From Alkalispirochaeta sp. (GTDB lineage: Bacteria; Spirochaetota; Spirochaetia; DSM-27196; Alkalispirochaetaceae): a stretch of 64,000 bases of DNA. A program made the position numbers and the translations under genes. The stretch spans positions 256,001 through 320,000 of the forward strand of contig CBDESZ010000016.1 in NCBI GenBank assembly GCA_965242725.1, written 5' to 3'. Positions 1 to 9,665 of this stretch are shown piece by piece. How positions within the stretch are numbered: the first letter of the stretch is position 1; each line of letters starts with the position of its first letter. The notes under the pieces were generated by a model that searched no databases, was not told the DNA's origin, and worked only from the letters and a program-made list of their open reading frames with translations.

Positions 1-2
1 GC

Positions 3-623
3 AATTCATTCCTCAAGGATGTAGGTATCGAAACTGCCGGTGAAGCGGTGAATGCCATCCTTGCCGGTGAGACGAGACGCGTTGATGTAGGCAAATACAG
101 AAACGACGATGGAGTGTGGCATTTCATCAACCTCCTCGGCGCCGGTTTTGTCTCAAGCGTCGCCCACCGTGCGCGACGCTACAAGCGACTGGGGGCGCTC
201 AGTTACGTGATTGCCGTCGTCGTGGAAACGGTGAGGCTCTCCTCGGCGTCGATAACGCTCACCATAGACGACCGTCGGCTCGTTCGGGACGGAGTTTTTG
301 TCGAGATCTGCAATTCACGATACACCGGGGGCGACATGATGATGGCCCCCGATGCATCCATCGACGATGGATTTTTTGACGTTGTGGTAATGTCCCGGGT
401 GACACGAAGTCGCCTGCTTTCACTCTTTCCAAAGATTTTCAGCGGCCGCCATGTGGAAGACCCATTGATCGAAGTCTTTCGATGTCGGTCGATTACGGTG
501 GAAACCGACCGGGTCTGGCTTCTTACTCCCGACGGCGAGACCTTTGGAACGACGCCGATACATGTGGAGATGATCCGTCGCGGGCTGAACTTTGTCGTGG
601 CGCCGGAATCCTCAGACACATGA
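3..623 (+). CDS. Diacylglycerol/lipid kinase family protein (YegS/BmrU-like), 5'-truncated by the window edge
   Basis: Frame open from base 3 (NSFLKD.., end of the GTGND-like motif); FINLLGAGF, NSRYTGG..APDASIDDGFFDV and DGE motifs. Confidence 0.85.
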   Translation, partial: NSFLKDVGIETAGEAVNAILAGETRRVDVGKYRNDDGVWHFINLLGAGFVSSVAHRARRYKRLGALSYVIAVVVETVRLSSASITLTIDDRRLVRDGVFVEICNSRYTGGDMMMAPDASIDDGFFDVVVMSRVTRSRLLSLFPKIFSGRHVEDPLIEVFRCRSITVETDRVWLLTPDGETFGTTPIHVEMIRRGLNFVVAPESSDT

Positions 624-1342
624 GGAGAGTGACGGGTGCAGTGACGACCGGTCTGGGCTATGCCGCGGCGCTTGTGGTGATACCCGCGGCGATGGGGCTC
701 ATCGCCCTCAGACGGATCAGCGGATTTGCACCCGCTATGGAACGCCCCGTTCGATATTTCGCCGCTGCCATTCCCGCCATGTTCGGCATCACCGTACGCG
801 TCCGGGGCCTCCGCCATCTCACTGCGGCGCAGGAGGGAACGGGATTTTGCGGCGTCGTCGTGGCGAACCACGTGAATATTTTTGATGCCTTCATTCTTCG
901 GGGATACCTCCCGCTGCCGATGCGGGGCGTCGAACTGGAGAGCCATTTCCACTGGCCCGTCTACGGGACGGTGATGCGCCTCTTCGGCAACATTCCCGTT
1001 CCCCACGGAACGCCGCTTGTTGCCCGTCGACAGCTGACGAGGGCGCGACGAGTACTTGAAAGGGGCGTCCCCCTCCTGGTATTGCCGGAAGGCCACCGCA
1101 CCCGAACCGGAAAGATGCAGCGTTTCATGAGCGGTCCCTTTCGTCTCGCAAAAGATGCACACGTGCCGATCCTTCCGGTGGTCATGACGGGGGCCTTTGA
1201 ACGGCAGCGCGTCGGGACGATCAGGATCAATCCAGGGGTCGTAGAACTCCGCATAGCCCCCGTCATACCCCGTTCACTCGTGCAAAGCCTCTCGGAGCGG
1301 GAACTTCGAGGCCGTACAAGAGCGATTATGGAATTACTGTGA
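620..1342 (+). CDS. plsC: 1-acyl-sn-glycerol-3-phosphate acyltransferase (PlsC family)
   Basis: NHxxxxD (NHVNIFD) and LPEGHRT motifs; ATGA overlap with the upstream stop. Confidence 0.8.
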   Translation: MRRVTGAVTTGLGYAAALVVIPAAMGLIALRRISGFAPAMERPVRYFAAAIPAMFGITVRVRGLRHLTAAQEGTGFCGVVVANHVNIFDAFILRGYLPLPMRGVELESHFHWPVYGTVMRLFGNIPVPHGTPLVARRQLTRARRVLERGVPLLVLPEGHRTRTGKMQRFMSGPFRLAKDAHVPILPVVMTGAFERQRVGTIRINPGVVELRIAPVIPRSLVQSLSERELRGRTRAIMELL

Positions 1343-2245
1343 CGACAGCACGTCCACGTCGATGCCGCGCCTGGATGGACGATTTACAAGATAGAGCCCG
1401 CCGATTACCAGTACCGCGCCGATCGTCACCGGTACGGTAAGAGCTTCCCCAAGAAGAAACACTCCAAGAAGTATTGCCGATACCGGTTCCAGATTGAGGA
1501 AGATCGCAGCGCCGTTCGGCCCGACGTCGCGGATACCCTGATAGTAAAAGAGATACGCGATTCCGGCGCAGCCGAATGCGAGGTAGAGGAGGCTCGACCA
1601 CGTGGCGATGCTCTGCATCGACAACACCGCGACGATGTCGGGGCGAACGGCAAAGGGGGTAAGCAGGACGGAGCCGATAACAGACGAGTAGGTGAGGACG
1701 GTGAGGGCCGATAGGTTCCGCATGGCGTACCTCGCCAGAATGGTATAGGCCGCCCAGGAGACGACGGCTCCCAGCATGTAGAGGTCCCCCGTGGAGATTC
1801 CTCCCTTTGCGGCCTGCAGGAGGTCACCGTTGGTGATGGTTATCGCCGTACCGACAAAGGCGATAACGATACCTGTCGCCGTGTTTCTTCCCGCCCGTTC
1901 CCGAAAGAAGAGCACGAGAATGAGGGCCACCGCCGACGGCGCGAGAGCGATAAAGATGGAACTGCGGACGGCGGTCACCGTTTTCAAACCGGTGAAGAGC
2001 AATATGTTGAAGAACACCACCCCCGCGAGGGTCATTCCCAGGAGAAAGAGCGCGTCCCGGCGGCCGGGACGGGGAAGTTTTCCCTGCAGGAGGCGCAGGA
2101 TTGGAAGCAGGAAGACGCTTACCAGGAGAAAGCGCACCCAGGTAATAGTTATTGCCGGCAATGCCGCCGACACGACCCGGCCGGCGACGAGGCCGCCCCC
2201 CCAGATGACAGGTGCCAGAGCGAGTTTCACATAGGAGACAACCAT
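1334..2245 (-). CDS. DMT/EamA family transporter
   Basis: About 10 hydrophobic segments in two EamA-like repeats; NLEPVSAILLG..LLGE motif. Confidence 0.85.
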   Translation of the reverse strand: MVVSYVKLALAPVIWGGGLVAGRVVSAALPAITITWVRFLLVSVFLLPILRLLQGKLPRPGRRDALFLLGMTLAGVVFFNILLFTGLKTVTAVRSSIFIALAPSAVALILVLFFRERAGRNTATGIVIAFVGTAITITNGDLLQAAKGGISTGDLYMLGAVVSWAAYTILARYAMRNLSALTVLTYSSVIGSVLLTPFAVRPDIVAVLSMQSIATWSSLLYLAFGCAGIAYLFYYQGIRDVGPNGAAIFLNLEPVSAILLGVFLLGEALTVPVTIGAVLVIGGLYLVNRPSRRGIDVDVLSSQ

Positions 2246-2305
2246 GGTTCCGGTATACTACTAGCCCGGCGGCAGGGGCAAGATGCCGGCAGTGTATGGA
2301 CGGTA

Positions 2306-3505
2306 TCACTCGACGCGGCGATATCGGACGGAGGGAGCGTATTGCCAGCGGTCTCCCGCGGGATCGGCGCGGAGCAGGGTGAGGAAGACTTCCGTCAGGG
2401 GCGGAATTGTGAGTTCCATGGGAAGCGGAGAGTCGGCACGCATGTTGACGAAGTTGAAGCTCACCGTCGCCTCAATGGGGTCCGAGAAACCGTTCCCCAG
2501 GAAGATTGCGTACGTCAGGTCATACTCTTCGGTACGAAACTCCAGGCGATTTGTTTGGTCTATTTCCTGCTCATGACCGGTGAAATCTGAAACGGTGAGG
2601 TCTTCTCCCCTGATCACCTCGAACTCCGCGTTCCCTGGATGAACGGCGTAGTGAAATGTACCTTCCTCAGGCTGGACCGGACGTCCATCGAGGCCATAAA
2701 AGAGAAAGGGTATGCTCTGCATTCTCCCCGTGGGGAGGGGAATGCGAACATCGAAGTGCAAATGGGGGCCGCTGGATATGCCGGTATTACCGCTGTAGCC
2801 GATGAGCTCACCCGCCGCAACTTCGTCACCGACTTCAACCTCGGCGCCGCGATATCGCAGGTGAACGTAGTTCCCGAAGGTGCCGTCGTCATGGGCGATC
2901 ATGATCAGGTTTGCCCTGTCGGCGTACGCCTGGGACGGACCGCCGACGCGGCTGTCCTCCTTGACGCGGACGACCACTCCGTCCCGCGCCGCGTACACCG
3001 GAGTCCCCTGGTCCAGGTTGAAGTCTATAGCGTACTGGTTCTCTCTGAAATGGGAAAAGCGACCGTTGTGCCCCTGGGTGATGCGGTGTCTGGTGCCGTG
3101 GGCAAAGGGGAAAAGGTAGAGATAATCGTCGTCGTGGCGCGCCGTTTCCGGGTTGCCCTCGGCGACGGTGTAGCTCAGATTGTAGCCGAACTGTCCTCTC
3201 GTTGCCGTCGGAAGTAGACTGAAGAGCAGTTGGCGTTCCGTTTCCGCCTCAATCGCACCTGTCCACGGCAACGCTTCCGTCGGGGTCAGACTGACGAGAC
3301 GCTGAAAGTCGACGGAGATGTACATAGGAATGAAGTGGCTGTTTTGGGCGTAGAAGTCGTAGCCGTTGTCGTCCCGTTGTTCACCCCAGACGACGACGTA
3401 GTCGCCGGAATCGGAGCTGTAAGATTGGGCGACAGCTGAATCCAGAGGAAAGAGCAGTGCCGCCGCGACCGCCGCGATGAGGCACAGTGGGGACAGACGC
3501 ATCAT
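2306..3505 (-). CDS. Secreted M23 family metallopeptidase
   Basis: Signal peptide; YAIDF..GTPVYAARDG, Y.HL and GYSGNTG.SSGPHLHF motifs. Confidence 0.9.
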   Translation of the reverse strand: MMRLSPLCLIAAVAAALLFPLDSAVAQSYSSDSGDYVVVWGEQRDDNGYDFYAQNSHFIPMYISVDFQRLVSLTPTEALPWTGAIEAETERQLLFSLLPTATRGQFGYNLSYTVAEGNPETARHDDDYLYLFPFAHGTRHRITQGHNGRFSHFRENQYAIDFNLDQGTPVYAARDGVVVRVKEDSRVGGPSQAYADRANLIMIAHDDGTFGNYVHLRYRGAEVEVGDEVAAGELIGYSGNTGISSGPHLHFDVRIPLPTGRMQSIPFLFYGLDGRPVQPEEGTFHYAVHPGNAEFEVIRGEDLTVSDFTGHEQEIDQTNRLEFRTEEYDLTYAIFLGNGFSDPIEATVSFNFVNMRADSPLPMELTIPPLTEVFLTLLRADPAGDRWQYAPSVRYRRVE

Positions 3506-3749
3506 GGGTCTAATATAGCGCCTCTCCGATAGGATGACGAGGATGGAGGCGAGACATTTGCGTCGGGAACGGATAAAATACCGACCGGATCAGTAGCAGG
3601 TATCCACAATCGTGTTGCAACGCGCCGATATCACCCGGTATACGAAGCATTCAGGTGCGCAGGTCGGTATTGCTGCCCTATTTCTATTCAGGGTAAGGAA
3701 ATATCATCTATTCTGCAACACGGTTCTATATACAAGCGGGAGGGGCAAC

Positions 3750-4631
3750 ATGGCACATGAAACGGTGGCGGCGGCGGAAGAAATACTGGACAGGGAGTTT
3801 CCCGTTCTGGACCATGGCTTTGTCCGGCTGGTGGACTACATGGGCGGCGACGAACGGATCGTGCAGGCGGCGCGTGTTTCCTACGGTGCCGGTACCAAGT
3901 CCTATCGCCAGGACAAGGGTCTCATCAATTATCTCCTCAGGAACGACCACACCTCTCCCTTTGAACAGGTGGTTCTCACCTTTCATACGAAGATGCCCGT
4001 ATTTGTCGCCCGTCAGTGGGTACGACACCGTACCGCCCGACTCAATGAGATAAGCGGACGGTACAGCATCATGAAAGACGAATTTTATCTGCCCGAGGGA
4101 AACGCCATCGCGCCCCAGGCGGCGGACAACAAGCAGGGTCGTGAAGCCGACGGGTTTGACGAGACGACGAGGGAGGCGATTCGGGACACCCTGGAACGAC
4201 AGCAGCGCGCCGCCTATACGGAGTATGAGCGACTTCTCGGTCATGACCTCGCCCGGGAGGTGGCGCGGATAAACCTGCCCCTCTCCATGTACACCGAGTG
4301 GTACTGGCAGATCGACCTGCATAACCTCTTTCATTTTCTCCGGCTGCGTATGGATCCGCACGCGCAGTACGAAATCCGAGTCTACGGCGAGGCGATCTTT
4401 GAGATCACCCGGCGGGTGTGTCCCATCGCGACGGAAGCGTTTGAGGAGCATATCAGGGGAGGGGTGCGATTTTCCCGCAGCGAATTTGCCGCCCTGCGAA
4501 GGTTGCTTGCGCCCGCCGACGACGGGACGGAGCTGGAACGTCAGGTCCGGGAAGCCGCTGCGGCGGAAGGGGTGGAAGGTCGCGGCGCGGACCGGCTGGT
4601 GGACAAGATCCTGCACGGCCGAATGGGGTAG
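3750..4631 (+). CDS. thyX: FAD-dependent thymidylate synthase
   Basis: VLDHGFVRLVDYMG, HTSPFEQ and RQWVRHRTARLNEISGRY motifs; GGGAGG RBS before ATG 3750. Confidence 0.95.
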   Translation: MAHETVAAAEEILDREFPVLDHGFVRLVDYMGGDERIVQAARVSYGAGTKSYRQDKGLINYLLRNDHTSPFEQVVLTFHTKMPVFVARQWVRHRTARLNEISGRYSIMKDEFYLPEGNAIAPQAADNKQGREADGFDETTREAIRDTLERQQRAAYTEYERLLGHDLAREVARINLPLSMYTEWYWQIDLHNLFHFLRLRMDPHAQYEIRVYGEAIFEITRRVCPIATEAFEEHIRGGVRFSRSEFAALRRLLAPADDGTELERQVREAAAAEGVEGRGADRLVDKILHGRMG

Positions 4632-4687
4632 CAACCGCGGTGACCCTCGGGTTCAATTTGAAAAAATGATTGTGAAATGCGGCCAGT

Positions 4688-4716
4688 TTGCAAAGGCGTA
4701 CCGGCTGCGCTACGAT
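4688..4716 (+). promoter_or_regulatory. Putative sigma70 promoter of cheW
   Basis: TTGCAA-N17-TACGAT followed by GGAGG RBS. Confidence 0.55.
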
Positions 4717-4733
4717 GCGAAATACGGAGGCAG

Positions 4734-5228
4734 ATGATGAGCGATGAAATGAACGCGACGACGAGTCAGTATTTGACATTTATGCTCGCGGAAGAGCAGT
4801 ACGCCGTCGAAGTGTATGATGTAAAAGAAGTTCTTGAATATACGACGATCACCAAAGTGCCGCGGACCCAGGATTTCATGCGGGGCGTGATCAACCTCAG
4901 AGGCAGCGTGGTTCCCGTCATCGATCTGCGGCTGAAGTTTGGTATGCCCGCGGCGGAACGCACAAACAATACACGGATCATCGTCATGGAAGTGGAAGTG
5001 GGCGGTGACAAGATAACCGTGGGCACCCTTGCGGACAGCGTTCAGGAAGTGATCAACCTGAACAAGGAACAGATTGAGCCGGCGCCGCAAATCGGAACGC
5101 GAATCGATACGGAGTTCATCAAGGGTATCGGAAAACAGGACGAGAAGTTCATTATCGTCCTCGACATTGACCGCGTCTTTTCTGAAGAGGAACTCGCCGC
5201 CGTGGTGGAAGAGGTGGTTTCGGAGTAG
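4734..5228 (+). CDS. cheW: Chemotaxis coupling protein CheW
   Basis: QYLTF, ITKVPRTQDFMRGVINLRGSVVPVIDLR, LADSVQEV motifs. Confidence 0.95.
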   Translation: MMSDEMNATTSQYLTFMLAEEQYAVEVYDVKEVLEYTTITKVPRTQDFMRGVINLRGSVVPVIDLRLKFGMPAAERTNNTRIIVMEVEVGGDKITVGTLADSVQEVINLNKEQIEPAPQIGTRIDTEFIKGIGKQDEKFIIVLDIDRVFSEEELAAVVEEVVSE

Positions 5229-5240
5229 CTCCGATTTCCC

Positions 5241-7952
5241 ATGCATCAGCGACAGACACGGTGGGCGCCCCTGGGCGAGCTGCGCGGGAGTGACGCCGAT
5301 TTTTCAACCCTCACATACCGCTTTTCTCATGCAACCTGTGGATTTGCCGCATCCAATGACGACTGGCTGCGCATTGCGCTCTCTCTGGAGGACGGCGATG
5401 CCGATGGCGGCGAGGGCGGAGCTGTGTCTGAGGATGCCGATAGCGACGCGCCCGATGGTCTGGCCGGAGCTGTGTCGGACGGCGCCGGCGGAAGCGTGGA
5501 GATGGGCGCGGAGACGGGCGCGGAGACGGGCGCGGAGCGAAGGGCGGCGGGTGAGAAGTCCGGGGCGGCGGGGCGAGCGCCGGCGCGACGGTCCTGGGCG
5601 CTGGATCCCGGAAGCGATGCCCGGCGGACGTGGCGGCTCGTCGATATGGATGTACCGTTCCTCTTTTCCGACCGCCGGTCCTACCGCTACGCCGCCGGAA
5701 ACGAGGGCGTGGAAGGAACTGCAAATCCCCATGAAGACAGCAGGGGGATCGTCCCGGTGGAGGTGGGGGGAAACCGCTTTGTCCTGCCCGTGACGGGGAA
5801 AACTGACGCCGCGGCGGGATTCGCCATATCGGACCGACATATCGGGGACGAAAGCGGGCCGGCCCCCGTGCTGGACGAGGTTGAGCTCTCCCGTTGCCGC
5901 GACGGCGTGCTCCTTTCGTTCCCCCTCCCGGAGGGGTGCGTCGTCTATGGTCTCGGTGAGAAGACGGGTGGCCTGGACAAGCGCGGGCGCAGTTGGGTCA
6001 TGTGGAACTCCGATGAACCGCGCCATACTCCCGGGCGGGACCCCCTCTATCAGTCTATTCCCGTTGCATATATCGTCACCGCAGGCGGAACGGCCACCCT
6101 CTTTGTGGATGCCACCGCGACGATGTGGTTTGACGTGGGTGAATCGGTCTCCGACCGTCTGCAGGTCGAAGTCTATGATGATGAGGTGACGTTCTATCTC
6201 CGTCACGATCCGTCGCTGCCGGAGGCGGTTGCCGCGTACAGCGCGTTGACCGGGCGCATTGCTCTCCCGCCGGAATGGGCCCTTGGCTTCCAGCAGTGCC
6301 GTTACAGCTATTTTCCCGATTCCCGGGTCCTCGAGGTGGCGGAACGGATGCGGGAGCTTAACGTTCCCTGCGACGTCATCTATCTCGATATCCATTACAT
6401 GGACGGGTATCGCGTCTTTACCTGGGACCCCGTACGTTTTCCCGAGCCGAAAACGATGATCGAAAAACTTCACGAGCGCGGTTTTCGCGTTGTGACGATT
6501 GTCGATCCCGGCGTGAAATACGATCCCGACTACCACGTCTTTGCCGACGGTCTCACAAAGGATGTCTTCCTTGAGGATCCCGGAAAGGGTCCCTATGTCG
6601 GTACGGTGTGGCCCGGTGAGGCGGTATTCCCGGACTTTACCGAGGGTCGCGTCAGACGGTGGTGGGCGGAGCACCATCAGCCGCTCCTCGACGCCGGGGT
6701 GGCGGGCATCTGGAACGATATGAATGAACCCGCCGATTTTTCAGGGAGCGAGGAATACCGCCCCGATTTTACCGTTCCCGACCGGTTGATTGCCCGCAAC
6801 GAAGGCCGGCCGAAGACGATCGCCCGGGTTCACAATATCTACGGCAACGGGATGAACGCGGCGACCCGGGAGGCGATGGAGCGATACCGTCCCGATGAGC
6901 GTGGTTTTGTCCTTACCCGCAGCGGCTACGCCGGCGTTCAGCGCTACGCGGCGGTCTGGACCGGTGACAACCACAGCTGGTGGGAGCACATCCGCCTCAT
7001 GATACCCATGCTCTCCAACCTGGGCCTGAGCGGCGTGCCCTTCTGCGGCGGTGACGTGGGTGGCTTTCAAATGAACGCCGACGGGGAGCTTTACGCCCGA
7101 TGGGTCGCCGCCGCCGCCCTGACGCCCTTTTTCCGCGCCCACAGCGCCCTCGATACGGTGGACCACGAACCGTGGAGTTTCGGCGATGAGGTACTGGCGG
7201 CGGCGCGTCGCTTTATCGGCCTTCGGTACCGGTTGATGCCCTATCTGTACACCCTCTTTGAGGAGGCGAGTCGGACGGGTGCCCCGGTTATCCGTCCGCT
7301 GGTGTGGGAGTTTCCGTATGATCCGCGGGTCTTCCGCAGGGCCGATAGTTACATGGTCGGGCCGGCACTGCTTGTCGCTCCGGTGGTGGAACCGGGAGTG
7401 CAGGAACGGGCGGTCTACCTGCCGGAAGGCGTCTGGTATGACTTCTGGACGGGGCGGCGATACGACGCAGGGAGCCTCGCGGAAGCGGGGCGCGGGCAGG
7501 TTGTTGCCTGCGACGCACCCCTCGACCGTATTCCGATCTTCGTCAGAGGGGGCCATATAGTGCCCTTTGAGGGTCTGCGCCAGCATACGGGAGAGCCCGG
7601 TGACGGGGTGTTGCGGCTCCTTGTTGCGCCCGACGCACATGGTCACGCCGCGGGTTCGGTCTATGGAGACGGCGGGGAAGGTTTCGGGTACCGGAAGGGC
7701 GAGTTCTGGCGCGCCCGCTTTGCATGGCGGAGCCCGCAGGGGAGCCGGCAGGAGAGCTCGCATGGTGAGAACGTCCGCGTCGGCGAAGCGGGACGGGACG
7801 GAAGCGGGAAGGGAATGGTCTCTGGAACGGGCCTTGTAACGGCAGACGAGGAGGGGGAGCTCCGGTGGACGCGATGGGAGCGATGTGAGCCGGTGGTGAT
7901 TACCGACGAGCCGCGGCATGGCGGCAGCATAGCCGACCTCCTCACCCTGTAG
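5241..7952 (+). CDS. Glycoside hydrolase family 31 alpha-glucosidase
   Basis: YGLGEK, PPEWALGFQQCRYSY, IWNDMNEP (nucleophile), WTGDN, GGDVGGF and FFRAHS motifs. Confidence 0.92.
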   Translation: MHQRQTRWAPLGELRGSDADFSTLTYRFSHATCGFAASNDDWLRIALSLEDGDADGGEGGAVSEDADSDAPDGLAGAVSDGAGGSVEMGAETGAETGAERRAAGEKSGAAGRAPARRSWALDPGSDARRTWRLVDMDVPFLFSDRRSYRYAAGNEGVEGTANPHEDSRGIVPVEVGGNRFVLPVTGKTDAAAGFAISDRHIGDESGPAPVLDEVELSRCRDGVLLSFPLPEGCVVYGLGEKTGGLDKRGRSWVMWNSDEPRHTPGRDPLYQSIPVAYIVTAGGTATLFVDATATMWFDVGESVSDRLQVEVYDDEVTFYLRHDPSLPEAVAAYSALTGRIALPPEWALGFQQCRYSYFPDSRVLEVAERMRELNVPCDVIYLDIHYMDGYRVFTWDPVRFPEPKTMIEKLHERGFRVVTIVDPGVKYDPDYHVFADGLTKDVFLEDPGKGPYVGTVWPGEAVFPDFTEGRVRRWWAEHHQPLLDAGVAGIWNDMNEPADFSGSEEYRPDFTVPDRLIARNEGRPKTIARVHNIYGNGMNAATREAMERYRPDERGFVLTRSGYAGVQRYAAVWTGDNHSWWEHIRLMIPMLSNLGLSGVPFCGGDVGGFQMNADGELYARWVAAAALTPFFRAHSALDTVDHEPWSFGDEVLAAARRFIGLRYRLMPYLYTLFEEASRTGAPVIRPLVWEFPYDPRVFRRADSYMVGPALLVAPVVEPGVQERAVYLPEGVWYDFWTGRRYDAGSLAEAGRGQVVACDAPLDRIPIFVRGGHIVPFEGLRQHTGEPGDGVLRLLVAPDAHGHAAGSVYGDGGEGFGYRKGEFWRARFAWRSPQGSRQESSHGENVRVGEAGRDGSGKGMVSGTGLVTADEEGELRWTRWERCEPVVITDEPRHGGSIADLLTL
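5498..5537 (+). repeat. In-frame 12-bp tandem repeat GGAGAYGGGCGC x3.3 (EMGA/ETGA/ETGA)
   Basis: Read directly from the sequence, inside an acidic Ala/Gly-rich insert of the GH31 gene. Confidence 0.85.
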
Positions 7953-8718
7953 GCGGCGCCGCATGGTGGTATATACAGAACGGCCGGGAGCCGACTGACA
8001 CCACAGGAAAGGCGGTGCCGAAGATCTTTTCCAGGACCGGTTCCTTCATCGTCTCATCCACCGTTCCCGTGTGGACGACGCGGCCGTCCCGCAGGGCGAC
8101 GATCGTATCTGCGTAGGCGGCGGCCATGTTGATGTCGTGGACCACCACCGCCACAGCCTTCCCTTCCCGATGAGCAAGCGTCGTGAGGGCCGCCATGACA
8201 CGGCCGGAATGGCGCATATCCAGGTTGTTCAGGGGCTCGTCAAAGAGGGCGTAGTCTGTATCCTGGGCGATGACCATGGCGATAAAGGCGCGCTGACGTT
8301 CTCCACCGCTGATTTCGTGGATCGAAGCGGTGCGATAGGATTCGAGATCCATGAGCCAGAGCGCCCGGTCGACGGCGGTGCGGTCCGCCGCGGTAAGGGA
8401 ACCGGCGTTGTGGGGGAAGCGGCCGAACTCCACAAGTTCTTCCACCGTAAGGCGAAGGTCAAATCGCAGCGTCTGACGCAGGATGGAGAGGCGTCGGGCC
8501 AGGTGGCGCGTTCCCCACGCCTCAAGGCGCTCTCCGGCAATTTCTACCGTCCCCTTATCGTAGGAAATGAGACGCCCCACCGCGGAGAGAAAGGTGCTCT
8601 TTCCCGAGCCATTGGCCCCGATGAGGGCGGTGACGCTGCCCGGCTGAATTTCCATTCCCACGTCGTCGAGAACCGGTACCGTGCCGTATCGTTTTGAGAG
8701 GTGTTCAACGGTTATCAT
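7942..8718 (-). CDS. Iron-siderophore ABC transporter ATP-binding protein
   Basis: Walker A GANGSGKST, ISGGERQRAFIAMVIAQD, DEPLNNLD; ATG 8718 overlaps the permease stop. Confidence 0.92.
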   Translation of the reverse strand: MITVEHLSKRYGTVPVLDDVGMEIQPGSVTALIGANGSGKSTFLSAVGRLISYDKGTVEIAGERLEAWGTRHLARRLSILRQTLRFDLRLTVEELVEFGRFPHNAGSLTAADRTAVDRALWLMDLESYRTASIHEISGGERQRAFIAMVIAQDTDYALFDEPLNNLDMRHSGRVMAALTTLAHREGKAVAVVVHDINMAAAYADTIVALRDGRVVHTGTVDETMKEPVLEKIFGTAFPVVSVGSRPFCIYHHAAPPTG

Positions 8719-9665
8719 CTTGTGCTGCTCCGAATGGCGATGGCGAGGAAGAACAGCCCCCCTGCCAGCGCCAGAATTGTACCGACGGGTACGGGCGTTC
8801 CAACGGTCCGACGAATGGTCTGAATACCCAGAAGATATACGATCGCCGTGAGCGCCGCCGAGGGTATCATTGATCGGTGGCGCCATGTAGAGGATGCCTC
8901 CCTGACCGTCCCCGCCGCAAGAAGACCGAGAAATGGCAGCGGACCGACCATTGCGGTTCCCGATGCGACGGCAACGGCCGCGACGGTGAGAAGATTCCGT
9001 GTCTCCCTGCGGTAGTCGATGCCGAGGGCGATCGCCGGTTCCCGTCCGAGGGCGATGACGTCGAGTATTCGTGCTTTGGTTCCTATCCATATGAACGTAC
9101 CAAGGCCGACGATCGAGGCGGCAGGTATGACTGATGAACTCACATTGGTGACGCTGGCGTAGGTGTTGCCCTGGACGACGGAGAACTCATTGGGATCGAT
9201 GATCATCTGGAGAAATCCGGTAAGACTCCGGAACAGGATGCCCATGACGACGCCGACGAGCAGGACCTGGTTCACCTGAAGATTGGCGCTCATCAAACCT
9301 CCCAGGAGCAGGGCCGCAAAGACGACCATCACCACGAGTGTTGCCAGATAGGTGGGGAGAGGACGGGCGAGGGTACCTGCCGTTCCGCCGAGAAAGAAGA
9401 CCGCTCCGGTCTGCATGAGAACGTAAAGTGACTCGATACCCATAACCGACGGGGTGAGCAGGCGATTCCGGGTGATTGACTGAAAAACAATGGACGCCGC
9501 ACCGGCACTGCCGGCGGCGAGCATGACCGCCACCAGTTGCGGACCCCGACGGGAGAGGTAGTAGGCGGCGTTGCGGGGCGTGAGTCCGGGCAGCAGGTAC
9601 AGCGCGGCCAGGAGGAGTACGAGCAATGCGGGAATACCGACGGCGAGCCTTTCGTCACGTCGCAC
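8715..9665 (-). CDS. Iron chelate ABC permease (FecCD family, CeuC/YclO-like)
   Basis: FQSITRNRLLTPSVMG and LGREPAIALG motifs; GTG start inferred. Confidence 0.88.
   Translation of the reverse strand: MRRDERLAVGIPALLVLLLAALYLLPGLTPRNAAYYLSRRGPQLVAVMLAAGSAGAASIVFQSITRNRLLTPSVMGIESLYVLMQTGAVFFLGGTAGTLARPLPTYLATLVVMVVFAALLLGGLMSANLQVNQVLLVGVVMGILFRSLTGFLQMIIDPNEFSVVQGNTYASVTNVSSSVIPAASIVGLGTFIWIGTKARILDVIALGREPAIALGIDYRRETRNLLTVAAVAVASGTAMVGPLPFLGLLAAGTVREASSTWRHRSMIPSAALTAIVYLLGIQTIRRTVGTPVPVGTILALAGGLFFLAIAIRSSTR

Noticed and set aside
7942..9090. Extended N-termini in the ORF track (ABC ATPase 382 aa; also thyX, ppx, icd, lhr, plsC)
   Set aside because: The extensions overlap neighbouring genes or promoters; downstream starts fit RBS, ATGA coupling or -10 spacing better
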